A stretch of 56,040 nt of DNA from positions 1 to 56,040 of the IMG/VR virus record IMGVR_UViG_3300003937_000295; one strand, 5' to 3'. This document shows, one piece after another, positions 1-8,783 of this stretch (position 1 is the stretch's first letter; each line of letters starts with the position of its first letter). Position numbers and translations under genes: made by a program. A model generated the notes under the pieces. That model saw only the letters and a list, made by a program, of their open reading frames with translations, was not told the origin of the DNA and ran no database searches. Source of the stretch: a virus. Lineage: Duplodnaviria; Caudoviricetes.

Positions 1-264
1 AATCCCCAAAGTACCACCAGTGCCAACTATAATTGGATCACCATTGGATATTGCTCCTGATGCAATACCACTGTAAGTTCCACCACCAGCACCTACAGCA
101 CTCCAAGCACTTCCATCATATGCTCTTAAACCACTATCAGAACTATTGAAATATACATCACCTTCTGATGCACTTCCTGGATTTGCTGTGCTTATTGCAA
201 ATCCAACTCTATTATCCCTGATTTTAGAATTATCATCAGTTGGTCCGACGAAAATTGGTGCCAT
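1..264 (-). CDS. Virion/tail-fibre-type protein, partial (runs off left edge)
   Basis: Hand translation MAPIFVGPTDDNSKIRDNRVGFAISTANPGSASEGDVYFNSSDSGLRAYDGSAW...; AGGAGG SD upstream; GDxYFN..YDGSAW motif typical of fibre proteins. Not in ORF track. Confidence 0.7.
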   Translation of the reverse strand, partial: MAPIFVGPTDDNSKIRDNRVGFAISTANPGSASEGDVYFNSSDSGLRAYDGSAWSAVGAGGGTYSGIASGAISNGDPIIVGTGGTLGI

Positions 265-296
265 TTATATGTCCTCCTAAAATATTTTTATTTAAA

Positions 297-1565
297 TCAG
301 GAAATTTCCTGCAAGACAAACTTATATTTCTTGCCGTTTCGCCTGTTAATTAAGAAGAGATCATTCTCTCCCTCTTGGATTGTATACGAACCCCAAGTTC
401 CATCAACCTCATTACCACCTTTTGCTTCGTTACTTAAGTCAATATCAGAAGTGTAAAGGTTTGCCCAACGAGTGCCTGTAGCACCAAGGTCTCTTGTGCC
501 ATTACCATCAGGAATAACATTAGCACCAAACGTAGAAATACCAGCTGTAACGATAAGACCACCATTAGTAATTCTTACACCCGTTCTTGCAGTGATGAGA
601 CCAACAGAATCAACGTTTGTTACATCTTGATATGTAAGGGTTCCTCCAATAGAAACATCACCAGTGAATGTTACTGCAGTACCAGTAATGTTTCTTACTG
701 CTATGTCTGGTGTTCCAGTTAATCCAGTTGCATCACCACTAAAACTTGTAGCAGTAACAATACCAGTGAACTTACCATCACCTTCAACAACTAATGCAGT
801 TTGTCCAGCACCAACTGTTCCATAAACTAATGCTCCACCATCAGTGGTTTCAAGACGTTTTGTATTGTCATAGAAAGCAGCAACAGAACCATCTGGAGTT
901 CCTACTAATATATTTTCATCACCAGTTCTCTTTAAAAACTTAATTTCAGTATCAGACTTTAAAAACAATGACCCAGTTCCAGCATCATCAATGATACTAT
1001 TTGAACCATCATGAACAATCTGTAGATCGCTACCAGTACCAAGATTTAACTTAACGTTATCACCAAGAGTTAAACCAACACCAACAACTAATCCATTATT
1101 AGCAGTTGCAATACCACTAATGTAAACGTCTCCACTAGTGTTCCATTTTGGACCACCTGTAGAAAGTTTTGCAGGTGTTACAGATTCATTTGCTGGAACA
1201 CTAAGAGATAATGCAGTTCCAAAAAGAGTTATTGTACAATCAAGTGTAGCAATAGGTGCTGTGGTAAATATGATATTACTCGTACTTATTGTATAATCAG
1301 ATCCTGCTGATTGAACAACACCACCAAGAACAACTCTTAATTGAGAAGAGTTTACTGGATGAACAGCAGAACCGTCATATGCCAGAGCAAATGTCGTCAA
1401 TACGCCATTAAAGGAACCTGAAATATCAGTAAGAACCTTTATTTCGCTAGGCGATTGTCCAACAAACCCATTCCATACTGTCCCATCCCACTTATAACTA
1501 AATCCAGAAGTAGTGTCTGTAAATATACTCCCAATTCCTGGACTATCTGGAAAGTTTAATGTCAC
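297..1565 (-). CDS. Tail fibre protein with C-terminal chaperone-like domain
   Basis: Gly/Thr-rich beta repeats (GIVTATSFSG, DVTNVDSVG); C-terminal GNEVDGTWGSYTIQEGENDLFLINRRNGKKYKF typical of cyanophage fibres. Confidence 0.75.
   Translation of the reverse strand: MTLNFPDSPGIGSIFTDTTSGFSYKWDGTVWNGFVGQSPSEIKVLTDISGSFNGVLTTFALAYDGSAVHPVNSSQLRVVLGGVVQSAGSDYTISTSNIIFTTAPIATLDCTITLFGTALSLSVPANESVTPAKLSTGGPKWNTSGDVYISGIATANNGLVVGVGLTLGDNVKLNLGTGSDLQIVHDGSNSIIDDAGTGSLFLKSDTEIKFLKRTGDENILVGTPDGSVAAFYDNTKRLETTDGGALVYGTVGAGQTALVVEGDGKFTGIVTATSFSGDATGLTGTPDIAVRNITGTAVTFTGDVSIGGTLTYQDVTNVDSVGLITARTGVRITNGGLIVTAGISTFGANVIPDGNGTRDLGATGTRWANLYTSDIDLSNEAKGGNEVDGTWGSYTIQEGENDLFLINRRNGKKYKFVLQEIS
532..590. 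repeat. 59-bp exact direct repeat, copy 1 (copy 2 at 4537-4595)
   Basis: gtagaaataccagctgtaacgataagaccaccattagtaattcttacacccgttcttgc is identical at both sites. Confidence 0.9.
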
Positions 1566-1593
1566 AGCGACCTATTACCTTACTATTATCAAT

Positions 1594-1600
1594 TATTTAT
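1594..1600 (-). promoter_or_regulatory. T4-type late promoter (ATAAATA)
   Basis: Match about 30 nt upstream of fibre gene start. Confidence 0.65.
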
Positions 1601-1605
1601 CACAT

Positions 1606-1635
1606 AAAAAACCCGCCAGGGGTGACTGACGGGTT
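1606..1635 (-). terminator. Intrinsic terminator
   Basis: AACCCGTCAG-loop-CTGGCGGGTT followed by T run on minus strand. Confidence 0.8.
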
Positions 1636-1644
1636 AAAAATTTA

Positions 1645-1737
1645 TCAAGCAAAACTAATTAACAGTTTAGTTGCAGAAACTGCCCTACCAGCAACTACTG
1701 TTCTGCTCTTTATATTGTCAACATTAATCTGTGACAT
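1645..1737 (-). pseudogene. Collapsed 30-aa fibre-gene remnant
   Basis: MSQINVDNIKSRT|VVAGRAVSATKLLISFA: fibre-type N-terminus fused to a fibre-type C-terminus; own CTAAATA late-promoter variant and terminator. Confidence 0.6.
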
Positions 1738-1765
1738 CTTATTACTTTTTAGTTATTTAGTAATT

Positions 1766-2230
1766 CTAGTGACCTGGTTCTTCAGGCCAATTTATGTTAT
1801 GAGGGAAACCTTCTTGAGTTGTAATATCTCTCAGTTCTTGACGATACTGTCTCCACTCATCACTCATTATAACATCAGAACAACCCATCCAATCAGATTT
1901 TGATATCAAACTATTTCTAGTATTTCTAATACCCTCAGATGCTTGATTATCAATATTTAATCTATATGCTTCTTTATCTTCTTCATTATTGAAGATAGGA
2001 CCAATCACATACTTAGTAAACCATTTACCCTTAATCTCCTCAATACCCTGTCTTACAACAGTTTCATATGGTGAAGTAGTTTGTGGTTGTGGTCCCTCAA
2101 GAATAGCATCAAGACCATATGTATCTATAACATATGGTGTCAATGGTTTAGGGAAAGAGATATTTGGATACTTATAATGTAAATCTCTTTCACTAATGAC
2201 TTCACCAGTTTCTCTAACCCTTAGTTCCAT
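1766..2230 (-). CDS. Tail fibre assembly chaperone-like protein
   Basis: C-terminal RNTRNSLISKSDW...WRQYRQELRDI...FPHNINWP motif. Confidence 0.8.
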   Translation of the reverse strand: MELRVRETGEVISERDLHYKYPNISFPKPLTPYVIDTYGLDAILEGPQPQTTSPYETVVRQGIEEIKGKWFTKYVIGPIFNNEEDKEAYRLNIDNQASEGIRNTRNSLISKSDWMGCSDVIMSDEWRQYRQELRDITTQEGFPHNINWPEEPGH

Positions 2231-2233
2231 ATA

Positions 2234-4201
2234 TTATGCAATAGCAAGGAATAAGTAAGTGCCGCCATTATTGTTAATAGCAGCAGGGGCTGATGAAGTA
2301 ACTGTAAATCCTGCGTTAAGTGGGTCGATGTAATCAGTATTAGTAACTTCAGCGGCTGTGCTATTGACTAGAACATAAGGATCATTGCCAGCAACTATTC
2401 CACGCGCAGAATCCCAAACGTACCAATCACCTGAGCTGTCAGTACGTTTAATCATTACAAAGCGAGCGCCTGCCGTAAACCCACAATCAACGTTAATGTC
2501 ATTACCAGTTCCACTAAAAGTGCCTACTTTTGATACGCCGGGTAAGCTTGCAAACAAATAAGCAATATAAGTTTCGTTATTAGCGTTTACGTCATTGTCA
2601 GGTCCAACGGTAAATACAGACGCAGTTGGCGAAGTGTCATTCCAAAGTTCATGGTTATCAATTGAATCCGCGTTACTATTTAAAATTAAATAATCTGTAT
2701 TATCCCCATAATATACAGCCCAATTAACAGAACCGCTTCTACGTTTTACCCACATCATCTCAGGGGCAACACCAAGATTATGGGATTCAGTTTTTGTACT
2801 ACCTGTGCCAGTGTATGCAGCAACATCAAAGAACCCCAAAGCACGTTTGAAGAAATGCTGAATGCCACCGCTCGTCGATCCTGTAGTAAGGGTTTGAGTG
2901 AATTTACCTGTTGGAGCATCAAACTTCCAAGAAGTAAATGAACCTTCGGCGCTACCAGCGCCAGTAACAAGATACTTACCATTTCCAGTAAGTCTGCTAC
3001 CAACAAAAAATGAATAAGAGCCGCTTCTCACAGGTCTTTGCAATACCAAATCTGGCGCAAAACCAGGCGTAGAGGTTTGTGTATACGATGTAAGCAATTC
3101 TGGTTTAAATACTTCCGTTCCAGCCTCAGGCGGCTTATGCGGACGGCGGATTGCGATGTAGGTGTAATTGACGCCGCTTGAGTTTGCATTGTGATCTGCT
3201 TCTTTTAGTTGAAATCCAGTTGGCGTGACGCCTCCATATGTATGCGAATACTCTTGCGAATTTAAGTCGGCCATTAAATAATTATCATTCTGTCCAATCG
3301 TGTTAAAACCTCTCATTGTGTCAAGCATTAGCCAGTTGCCAGAGGCACTGGTGCTTTTTATCAGCACCCATTGCGGTTCAAAACCTAAAGTGATGGTATT
3401 GATAGGATCACCACCACCCGTGCCTGTACCTGTATAACTCCCACACTTAATAATCGACTCGTCACCATCCTCGCCAAACGATTGATCGTCGTGGGCGAAA
3501 AGGTAAGCGACAAAAGTTCCGCCATTGGTATTAACAGATCCATTCCCAGAGACATGAAAGGTCGCCGCCGTATGATCTTCGCCAGTGCCTGAACCCCAAA
3601 GACGTGTACCGCCAAATTGACCACCAGTGCTTTCAAGCTCAAGTTTTGCAAAATTTTCTGTAGTACCTGAACCCCCACCTGAATGCAAATTTCGGTGATA
3701 AACGATCCAGCTTTCAGAATTATCTGTTCTTTTAATCCAGATGCTGCCAGGTTCTGAACCTAGGTTGTGGGTTATATCTCTATCTGCCCCATTTCCTGTA
3801 TAAGTAACAACATCAAAGAATCCAGGCGCTTTGCGGAATGTCCAGGAGCAAATATCATCGTTATTTTCATTAACGTGCCCATTATCAGCAACAGCGAAAC
3901 CAGTTGACGTGAAAGACGTAATCATGTCCGTCTTTGTTTGCGCTGCACGGGCTCTATTGCTTTCAAGAACTGTATTAGTGCCGCGTTCAGTGTCAGTAAA
4001 TATGTGATCAGCCCCAGAACTTGCATTTCTATTTCTGATCCACACCAAGGCACCTTCGCCGCTCACATCAATGCCGTTATTTATCGTTTGGCTTGTCCCA
4101 TTTCCTTCATACAAAAACGTTGAAAATACGTCGTCAACGTAAACCTTGTCTCCAGATGCTCCAGCAGCACCCATCATCAGTGTTCTTGTTAAGTTACTCA
4201 T
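2234..4201 (-). CDS. Repeat-domain tail/receptor-binding protein
   Basis: About four YTGNG..HxLGxxP..WIKR..W repeats; followed by chaperone gene. Confidence 0.7.
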   Translation of the reverse strand: MSNLTRTLMMGAAGASGDKVYVDDVFSTFLYEGNGTSQTINNGIDVSGEGALVWIRNRNASSGADHIFTDTERGTNTVLESNRARAAQTKTDMITSFTSTGFAVADNGHVNENNDDICSWTFRKAPGFFDVVTYTGNGADRDITHNLGSEPGSIWIKRTDNSESWIVYHRNLHSGGGSGTTENFAKLELESTGGQFGGTRLWGSGTGEDHTAATFHVSGNGSVNTNGGTFVAYLFAHDDQSFGEDGDESIIKCGSYTGTGTGGGDPINTITLGFEPQWVLIKSTSASGNWLMLDTMRGFNTIGQNDNYLMADLNSQEYSHTYGGVTPTGFQLKEADHNANSSGVNYTYIAIRRPHKPPEAGTEVFKPELLTSYTQTSTPGFAPDLVLQRPVRSGSYSFFVGSRLTGNGKYLVTGAGSAEGSFTSWKFDAPTGKFTQTLTTGSTSGGIQHFFKRALGFFDVAAYTGTGSTKTESHNLGVAPEMMWVKRRSGSVNWAVYYGDNTDYLILNSNADSIDNHELWNDTSPTASVFTVGPDNDVNANNETYIAYLFASLPGVSKVGTFSGTGNDINVDCGFTAGARFVMIKRTDSSGDWYVWDSARGIVAGNDPYVLVNSTAAEVTNTDYIDPLNAGFTVTSSAPAAINNNGGTYLFLAIA

Positions 4202-4202
4202 A

Positions 4203-5375
4203 TCAATTAACGTAATCTACTAATGATGAACCTCTAAATCTGGTGCCACCACTAGAAGTAGAAAAAATAAACAAGTGTGTCTTACCTGTTGTAAGTGTTG
4301 GTGCTGTATCTGCCGGGAACTTAACCGATGCTGGCCAAGTTACAGTTCCACTTGAGTGTGTCAGTTCTAATGTAAATGCATATGCACAACCTGTTGGTAC
4401 ATTAGCAAAGGTGAATGTGCTATTACCACTAATAGTCTTTGTAAAGTAGTTTCCTTGTGAACAATCAATCTCCAATGCACCCATTGCAGTGATGTTTTCT
4501 TTATAAGGTCCAGTTACACTTACTCCTGCACCTATTGTAGAAATACCAGCTGTAACGATAAGACCACCATTAGTAATTCTTACACCCGTTCTTGCGGTAA
4601 TAAAACCGCTTGAACTACTTCCAACGTAGATAGGTCCTCCCATATTTCCGTGAGAGGTACACTGATAATAAAGAATTGAAGGTGCATCAAATGGAACATC
4701 AAATATCAGATCAGTTCCATTACCTGCATCATTATTTGTAACACCATCATTATATGCTGTTCCTGCTGAACCATTTGGTGTGCTCTGAATTCTAAATGGG
4801 TGTCCTCCAGATCTATTCTTGAAGATATATTTTTGTCCTCTGATAAGTTGTAAATCAGGATCAGTATCACCACTTAAATCGCCAGGTCCAGTGAATGTAT
4901 AGTGATCAGTGCCACTTGCTCCAAGAGTCCAGAAAGCAATCGAAGCATCTAATGAAGTTGCAGTTACAATACCAACGAAATTTGCATTTCCAGTGCCACT
5001 TACAGAACCGCCAACACCAGCAAGTCCAAATTGAATTCCGCTTCTTGCGGTGACAACACCAATAGAATCGACATTGGTTACATCATCATAAGTTAATGTT
5101 CCACCAACAGTAACATTGCCAGTAAAAGTGGCGGCAACACCAGTAATATTGCCCACAACATCACCATCAAACGTGGTAGCAGTAACAAGACCAATCACAG
5201 TGACTTGTTCTGCGTTAATAAAAGCAGTATTGGCAAGACCAATTAAACCAGCCCCATTACCGCTAAAACTAGTAGCGGTGACAACACCAGTGACCGCTAA
5301 CCCATTATGAACTGTTAAACTATTTGCGGTGGAAAGACCAACACCACCTACTAATTGTGCCTTTGTCTGAGACAT
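4203..5375 (-). CDS. Tail fibre protein
   Basis: GVVTATSFSG repeats; HPFRI..LYYQCTSHxxMGG domain; C-terminal IDCSQGNYFTKTI..TWPASVKFP domain. Confidence 0.75.
   Translation of the reverse strand: MSQTKAQLVGGVGLSTANSLTVHNGLAVTGVVTATSFSGNGAGLIGLANTAFINAEQVTVIGLVTATTFDGDVVGNITGVAATFTGNVTVGGTLTYDDVTNVDSIGVVTARSGIQFGLAGVGGSVSGTGNANFVGIVTATSLDASIAFWTLGASGTDHYTFTGPGDLSGDTDPDLQLIRGQKYIFKNRSGGHPFRIQSTPNGSAGTAYNDGVTNNDAGNGTDLIFDVPFDAPSILYYQCTSHGNMGGPIYVGSSSSGFITARTGVRITNGGLIVTAGISTIGAGVSVTGPYKENITAMGALEIDCSQGNYFTKTISGNSTFTFANVPTGCAYAFTLELTHSSGTVTWPASVKFPADTAPTLTTGKTHLFIFSTSSGGTRFRGSSLVDYVN
4537..4595. repeat. 59-bp exact direct repeat, copy 2
   Basis: Identical to 532-590. Confidence 0.9.
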
Positions 5376-5397
5376 TATATTCGCGGTATTTTTTTAT

Positions 5398-5404
5398 TAT
5401 TTAT
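5398..5404 (-). promoter_or_regulatory. T4-type late promoter (ATAAATA)
   Basis: Match upstream of fibre operon. Confidence 0.65.
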
Positions 5405-5409
5405 CAGGT

Positions 5410-5438
5410 TTGAAATACCTGCAAAAATATGGTACTAT
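5410..5438 (+). promoter_or_regulatory. Sigma70-like promoter
   Basis: TTGAAA-N17-TACTAT upstream of epimerase. Confidence 0.5.
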
Positions 5439-5464
5439 ATAATTTTATCTGAAAGATATTTTAT

Positions 5465-6256
5465 ATGATTATTCTTACTGGCGCAAAGGGATTTATTGGC
5501 GTTAACTTTTTAGTTCATTTAGAGCAAAGAGGAAAAACAGTAATTAAAATAGAAGAGAATAATTACCTAAATTTTAGAGCAACATTTAAAAAATGGGATG
5601 AAGTGGAACTTATCCTTCATCAAGGTGCGATATCTTCAACTGTAGAAACTAACCTAAAAAAAATATTCTCTAACAATATTGAATTTAGTCAATGGTTATT
5701 TGAGAAAGCAGCAAAGTATAATATTCCAGTAAAATATGCCTCATCCGCTTCCGTATATGGAAACGAACAAGGCATCATCAATCCACTTAATTATTACGCA
5801 CTATCCAAAGTGACTATTGATTATTGGGTTCAAGATAATATGGATAGATTTCCTCTTATTCAAGGATTTAGATACTTCAATGTTTATGGAACACCTGAAG
5901 ATAATAAAGGAGACCAAGCAAGTCCCGTAAGTAAGTTTGCAAAACAAGTTGAAGAAACTGGTAAACTTGAATTGTTTGAAGGTTCTGATAAATTTTTACG
6001 AGACTTTATTTGGGTTGGAGATATTATCAAAATTGTTCTTGATAATGATAAAGGTTCTGGCATTTATGATCTTGGAACCAGCAACCCAGTGAGTTTTCAA
6101 CATGTTGCAGAGTGTGTCGCAGAACATTATTTTGGAAAAATTGAATACATCCCATTCCCCGAGCACCTAAAAAGTAAGTATCAAACTTATACTTGTGCTA
6201 AAAAAGAATGGGGTGATTATAAATTCAAAACTATCAAAGAGTATCTCCTTGAATAA
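5465..6256 (+). CDS. hldD: ADP-L-glycero-D-manno-heptose 6-epimerase
   Basis: MIILTGAKGFIG, HQGAISST, YASSASVYG, PLNYYALSK, FRYFNVYG, RDFIWV motifs. Confidence 0.88.
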   Translation: MIILTGAKGFIGVNFLVHLEQRGKTVIKIEENNYLNFRATFKKWDEVELILHQGAISSTVETNLKKIFSNNIEFSQWLFEKAAKYNIPVKYASSASVYGNEQGIINPLNYYALSKVTIDYWVQDNMDRFPLIQGFRYFNVYGTPEDNKGDQASPVSKFAKQVEETGKLELFEGSDKFLRDFIWVGDIIKIVLDNDKGSGIYDLGTSNPVSFQHVAECVAEHYFGKIEYIPFPEHLKSKYQTYTCAKKEWGDYKFKTIKEYLLE

Positions 6257-6614
6257 CACGAATACTATCAGAGTCAAAGTGTTCTGTACTAAATTCAAAC
6301 AACTCTGTATCTTCTAGAGCATACATTTGATGTCTCATACCAACTGGAACGTGGAACTTATCTCCACGTTCTAATGTTTCTATGGTAGATAACTCAATGT
6401 CATCATTCCATCCATAGCAAATTCGTATCCTACCACTTTGAATGTAGAATACTTCGTCTTTTTTAATGTGATAATGCCAAGAACACTTTTTATCTTTTAC
6501 GATATAAAGTAATTTACCACAATAATCTTCAGAGTTTGCAATCCATTTTTCGTATCCCCATCCTTTTGGGACATACTTAATTGGTTCTCCTGCTCTAGGT
6601 TGTGAAGAAGTCAT
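6234..6614 (-). CDS. Cupin-fold sugar(-phosphate) isomerase-like protein
   Basis: KGWGYEKWI, YCGKLL, CSWHYH..KDE, H..E cupin metal motifs; start placed at MTSSQ. Confidence 0.75.
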   Translation of the reverse strand: MTSSQPRAGEPIKYVPKGWGYEKWIANSEDYCGKLLYIVKDKKCSWHYHIKKDEVFYIQSGRIRICYGWNDDIELSTIETLERGDKFHVPVGMRHQMYALEDTELFEFSTEHFDSDSIRVIQGDTL

Positions 6615-6924
6615 CGGAGTGTACCCCTTTGTCGTCAATGTAATAATCTGCGGATGGTTTTCCAAGAAATAACTGATGATACTTACATCCCCACAAACTT
6701 AGTTGTATCTCTGTAAATTCATAGAATTCTTTCTTTGCCAGATCAGCATTATTATTATACCGACCCATTCCTCTGGCAGTAAGATAAACGATGGTATGAC
6801 CTTCGTCGTATAGTTTATTTATTTTGTCAATTCTATCCTGAATCGGCATTGCCTGTTCATATCGCATCTCTTCGGTAGGACCAGGAGTGCAGATAGTTCC
6901 ATCAATATCAACTACATATCGCAT
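6595..6924 (-). CDS. Minimal HAD-family phosphatase (capsule-biosynthesis type)
   Basis: DIDGTIC, TARG, GKP..YIDDK motifs. Confidence 0.85.
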   Translation of the reverse strand: MRYVVDIDGTICTPGPTEEMRYEQAMPIQDRIDKINKLYDEGHTIVYLTARGMGRYNNNADLAKKEFYEFTEIQLSLWGCKYHQLFLGKPSADYYIDDKGVHSDDFFTT

Positions 6925-7699
6925 TTACATCTTCTCCGTTAAGTACATAAGTTCCTGTATGTGATACTGCTATTGCAGCAGATTTATTTGCTAAAGGTAT
7001 TGCATCTTCTATTCTACCATAAGTTAGGTATCCGTAGGCAAGTGTGGCAAGGAAAGTATCTCCAGCACCCACAACATCATATACACTCACCTTTTCGCCT
7101 GGATATAACTTACCTTTATATTCTGCACCCTTTGAACCTCTTGTAATAATAAGGTTTGGATGATCTTTATATTCCAATCTTGAATACTCATAGTCATTAA
7201 TTTTAATATACGCATCATCTATAGGTAGAGTTGTTTTCTTACTATCAATAAAGATTGGGCCATCAAACCACTCGACCAACTCAAATAGTCGTTTAGATGT
7301 TATAAATCCTTTGTTGTAGTCAGATATAACAAGTGCATCAAAATCACCCTCAGGCATATTACCTTTGAAGGGTTTGATATTATTTTCAGTATCAACTCTT
7401 AAAATCTGCTGATTAGACTTCTCATCAATATATCGTGTCTTTACGATGTTCTCATCGTTAGTAATCATCGTAATATCAATGCCAAAAGAAAGTAGATTAG
7501 CATGAACATTCCATGCCATGCCTTTTCTTGTTTCTGTTCTGATGTAATCTAAAACTGGAACAGGTGCTTCTGGATTTAATCGATTAACAGTTCCATAAAC
7601 ATATTCATCGATACAACTATCACCGATAAGTAATACCTTGAATGGTTTTTGTGGTGGAGTAGTCTCCGAGTCTATTGAAAAACCGAACTTCCTTTGCAT
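6908..7699 (-). CDS. PfkB-family heptose-7-phosphate kinase (HldE kinase domain / HldA-like)
   Basis: IGDSCIDEY, RLNPEAPVPV, SDYNKG, DVVGAGDTF. Confidence 0.88.
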   Translation of the reverse strand: MQRKFGFSIDSETTPPQKPFKVLLIGDSCIDEYVYGTVNRLNPEAPVPVLDYIRTETRKGMAWNVHANLLSFGIDITMITNDENIVKTRYIDEKSNQQILRVDTENNIKPFKGNMPEGDFDALVISDYNKGFITSKRLFELVEWFDGPIFIDSKKTTLPIDDAYIKINDYEYSRLEYKDHPNLIITRGSKGAEYKGKLYPGEKVSVYDVVGAGDTFLATLAYGYLTYGRIEDAIPLANKSAAIAVSHTGTYVLNGEDVNAICS

Positions 7700-8018
7700 A
7701 ATGTGAACCTACTACTTCTTTTCCTTTCCAGTCAGAACCTACCACCAGTATATCTGGACTGATGGATTCTAACAACTCTTCCAATTCTTGTTTGCTATCA
7801 AACATATGAACGACATCAACATAACGAATTGACGTAAGCATCAGTTCTCTATCATATTGTGAAAAAATAGGTCGTGTTGGACCTTTCATTTCTGCAACTT
7901 TCTTATCTGTATCTATGGCAACAATAAGATAATCCCCAAGAGATTTAGCATATTTTAGGAGTTCAATGTGTCCTGGATGAAGAACATCGAAACAACCATT
8001 GACAAATGATATTTTCAT
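7620..8018 (-). CDS. Heptose-1-phosphate nucleotidyltransferase (HldE transferase domain / HldC-like)
   Basis: NGCFDVLHPGH, KGPTRPI, YSTTK. Confidence 0.88.
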   Translation of the reverse strand: MKISFVNGCFDVLHPGHIELLKYAKSLGDYLIVAIDTDKKVAEMKGPTRPIFSQYDRELMLTSIRYVDVVHMFDSKQELEELLESISPDILVVGSDWKGKEVVGSHYAKEVRFFNRLGDYSTTKTIQGITYR

Positions 8019-8052
8019 TAAAGTCCAAGTATAATCATAATGCCTCTTGATT

Positions 8053-8062
8053 TATTTAAATA
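8053..8062. promoter_or_regulatory. Palindromic late-promoter variant TATTTAAATA between divergent sugar genes
   Basis: TTTAAATA on both strands; one mismatch to TATAAATA. Confidence 0.35.
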
Positions 8063-8099
8063 TATAATCTACAATTGGTATAGAAATAATAGCATAATA

Positions 8100-8753
8100 A
8101 TGGGAAGATATCAAACTAAAACAGTGTCTGCAACACAACCGCAGCAAGAAGGTTCTCCTTTTATGAACCAACAATCTCAATATTCGCCCGAGGATTGGCC
8201 ATCCATATTTACTAAATCTGTGATTGGGATTGATAGAGATGGGGTGATTAATGAGTGGAAGAATGTAATCAAAAGACGCGAAGACGTTCAGTTTATTTCT
8301 GGTTCATTAGAAGCAATCCGCAAACTTCGTCTTATCGGTCATAGAGTAATATTGTTTTCGGATCAACCCAACATTCAAAGAGGATTATTGACTCAACAAG
8401 ATGTGCAAGGTGTTATGCAATACATGATGCAACAATTTGGACAAGCAGGTATCTTCTCTATAGATGGTTTCTATTACAATACATCTGATATGTCTCAAGA
8501 TACTTTTGCAAAACCAAACATTGGTATGTTGAATAAAGCAAAAAATGAAGTAGGAGTTGATTTCTCAAAAGGATATTATGTTGGTGATACTATTGAAGAC
8601 ATCAAAATGGCAATCAAAGCAAAATCAACTCCAGTTCTTGTAAGAACGGGAAGAGGTGCAGATACTGAAAAGAAATATCTCAAAGCATTTGACACCAAAT
8701 ATAAAGATGTTCAAGTCTTTGATAGTCTGTTAGACTTTGCAAATTCACTATAA
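8100..8753 (+). CDS. gmhB: D,D-heptose 1,7-bisphosphate phosphatase-like HAD
   Basis: DRDGVIN, KPNIGML, VGD..D, VLVRTGRG; start placed at MGRYQ. Confidence 0.8.
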   Translation: MGRYQTKTVSATQPQQEGSPFMNQQSQYSPEDWPSIFTKSVIGIDRDGVINEWKNVIKRREDVQFISGSLEAIRKLRLIGHRVILFSDQPNIQRGLLTQQDVQGVMQYMMQQFGQAGIFSIDGFYYNTSDMSQDTFAKPNIGMLNKAKNEVGVDFSKGYYVGDTIEDIKMAIKAKSTPVLVRTGRGADTEKKYLKAFDTKYKDVQVFDSLLDFANSL

Positions 8754-8754
8754 G

Positions 8755-8782
8755 AAAAGGAGGGTTTTATCCCTCCTTTTTT
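8755..8782. terminator. Bidirectional intrinsic terminator
   Basis: AAAAGGAGGG-loop-CCCTCCTTTTTT between convergent genes. Confidence 0.88.
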
Positions 8783-8783
8783 A

